A DNA stretch of 64,000 bases. Source: the human T2T-CHM13v2.0 reference genome, Homo sapiens. The DNA lies in the NCBI RefSeq assembly GCF_009914755.1, contig NC_060925.1. One strand, 5' to 3'. Shown one piece after another: positions 62,299 through 64,000 of this stretch. How positions within the stretch are numbered: position 1 is the stretch's first letter; every line of letters starts with the position of its first letter. The translations under genes and the position numbers were made by a program. The notes beneath the pieces are model-generated. The model was not told the DNA's origin. It saw nothing but the letters and a program-made list of their open reading frames with translations, and ran no database searches.

Positions 62299-64000
62299 TT
62301 CATTTTAGGACACAATCTGCAGGGGCATTCCCTTTTAGAGAACACTGTTTTAATGGCAGAGGGAAAAAGGTAATGGAGGAAGCATACAATAGCTCTTAAA
62401 AGCTTCAGCTCAGCTTTGACATACCTCGGTTTGGCTCACATTTCATTAACAAAAGCAGGTCATGTGGCTAAGCTTGACATCAATGGACTAAAGTCCATAT
62501 TCAGGCATAAAATATTTGGAACAAATAATGTTTTCTACTCCATCTTTTTTCCTCTTTCCAACTTCCAGGGATCAATTTATAAACAAATTTCTTTAAATAA
62601 CCATTAAAATAAATATTAGAAATTTAAAAGACTTGACAAAACTATTATTTCAGCAACTATATATTAAGCAGTTAAAATGAGCAAGGTCCACTGTTCTCCA
62701 GGCACGTACACTGTAGTGGGGTGGGCATATGTGTAAAGGCTGTCCAGACATTTTTGCCTAAGAAAATCATCACACTTTTTAAAATAATGTCAGAAGTCTG
62801 TGCATGGATCTGGCTACTATTTTCACATGTAGATAGAGGTAGAAATTTTATTCCGAAAAATAAAACTAGTCTTGTGTATGAAGAAATGTTTTCTGAAAGA
62901 AAATATAATCAAGCTTGCTTCGAAATTATTAGCCCTAATGAAAGTAGTTATATTTTGAGGTTACGGTCAACTCAGATTTGGCAAACAGCATATACAGTTT
63001 GTAGATTAGGAATTCCTATTTCTCTTTAACCTCATTTCACTTATCATTAGCACCTATACCAGAGGTTGGGTAAGGAAAGAGAGGAAAAATGAAATGTAAA
63101 ATTTTACATTTTATATATCAATGCCTGAAAATTACATCAAACACAATATTGCAAGGAGCTACTTAATACTTTCACAGACTAGGAGCCTTAAAAGAAGCCT
63201 TTACAGCCTACTCATTATAGTATTGACTGTATTTCTACAATTTCTCCTAAAGTAATCTTAAAATAATTAAAGCATTACTTTCTGTAATTATAAACTCAAA
63301 TAATTATAGATGTAAATATAAATTGCTTTCTCTTCACTAACCTCATTATATCAAATTTTTTTTTGTTTGTTTTCTGGCTTTTTTTTTTTTTTTAACAACC
63401 CCTCTATGGAGCAACTGAAATCAGGAAATGTATGTGTTGTTTAACTCTTTCTACTCAGCTGCTTCAGTTAGCAGGCTAGCTATATGAACTACTTGAAGTT
63501 CAGAATAGCCATAGAACTAAGGCAAAGTTTGCATAAACGTAGTTTTTTCTGTAGGCTGGTAAATAGCAATTGTGTCCATGTAGAGGGACTCAATGTCAAT
63601 AGTGAAAGCAGCCCACTACCCCCTACCCTTTTATTCTCATATTCCTTGTTTTTGGAGATAATACATCTCTAAAGCCTTTTTTTTTTTTTAAATTAGAGGA
63701 GTCTATGATTCATGTTTTCCTTGCCTACCAGATACAACCAACCTCTGTTACCCAATTTCTCTATGTCAGACATTAGGCTGAATGTTTTTACATAGTTTAT
63801 CTCATTTAATTGAAACCTTGTGATGAAGATTTTATTATTCCCATTTTGCAGAGATATCTAAGGCTTGGAGTGCACAAGTAAAGCCACTAAATTGTTGATT
63901 TAGATACTTAAATTATTTTTTAATATGAGTAGTTTTCACACAACCATATCACACGGTCAGAATTTGGAAATACCAGCGTCACCATTCATAAGACCATGGA

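Larger units (their letters stand above)
52324..64000 (+). other. CRB1: CRB1 intron 1 (partial)
   Basis: Begins GTAAGC; no exon 2 (NSFCNKNNTRC, EGF repeats) found in the window. Confidence 0.9.

Overview
AT-rich, repeat-dense primate DNA (human or a very close great ape) covering the upstream region, exon 1 and the first ~11.7 kb of intron 1 of CRB1 (Crumbs homolog 1; human 1q31.3). CRB1 exon 1 (ATG 52254, 70 coding nt, [23 protein letters not shown], donor at 52324) is too short for the ORF track and was recognised by eye. About 46 kb upstream lies a disabled processed pseudogene of X-linked ATP6AP2 (~5937-8100). Most of the rest is transposable-element debris: L1, L2, MIR, Alu, MaLR/ERVL LTRs and MER58/MER5/MER63, often nested. 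I found no evidence of a new multi-gene system. The strongest oddities are: (1) a 490-bp, ~97% identical, indel-free inverted duplication of ancient L1MC sequence in CRB1 intron 1; (2) three uORFs, one per frame, in the CRB1 5' leader, one in frame with CRB1 and blocked by a single TGA; (3) an L1PA8 fragment with an ~80-bp target-site duplication; (4) a TSD-flanked orphan insert inside an old L1. Repeat subfamily names and most repeat boundaries are by-eye approximations.
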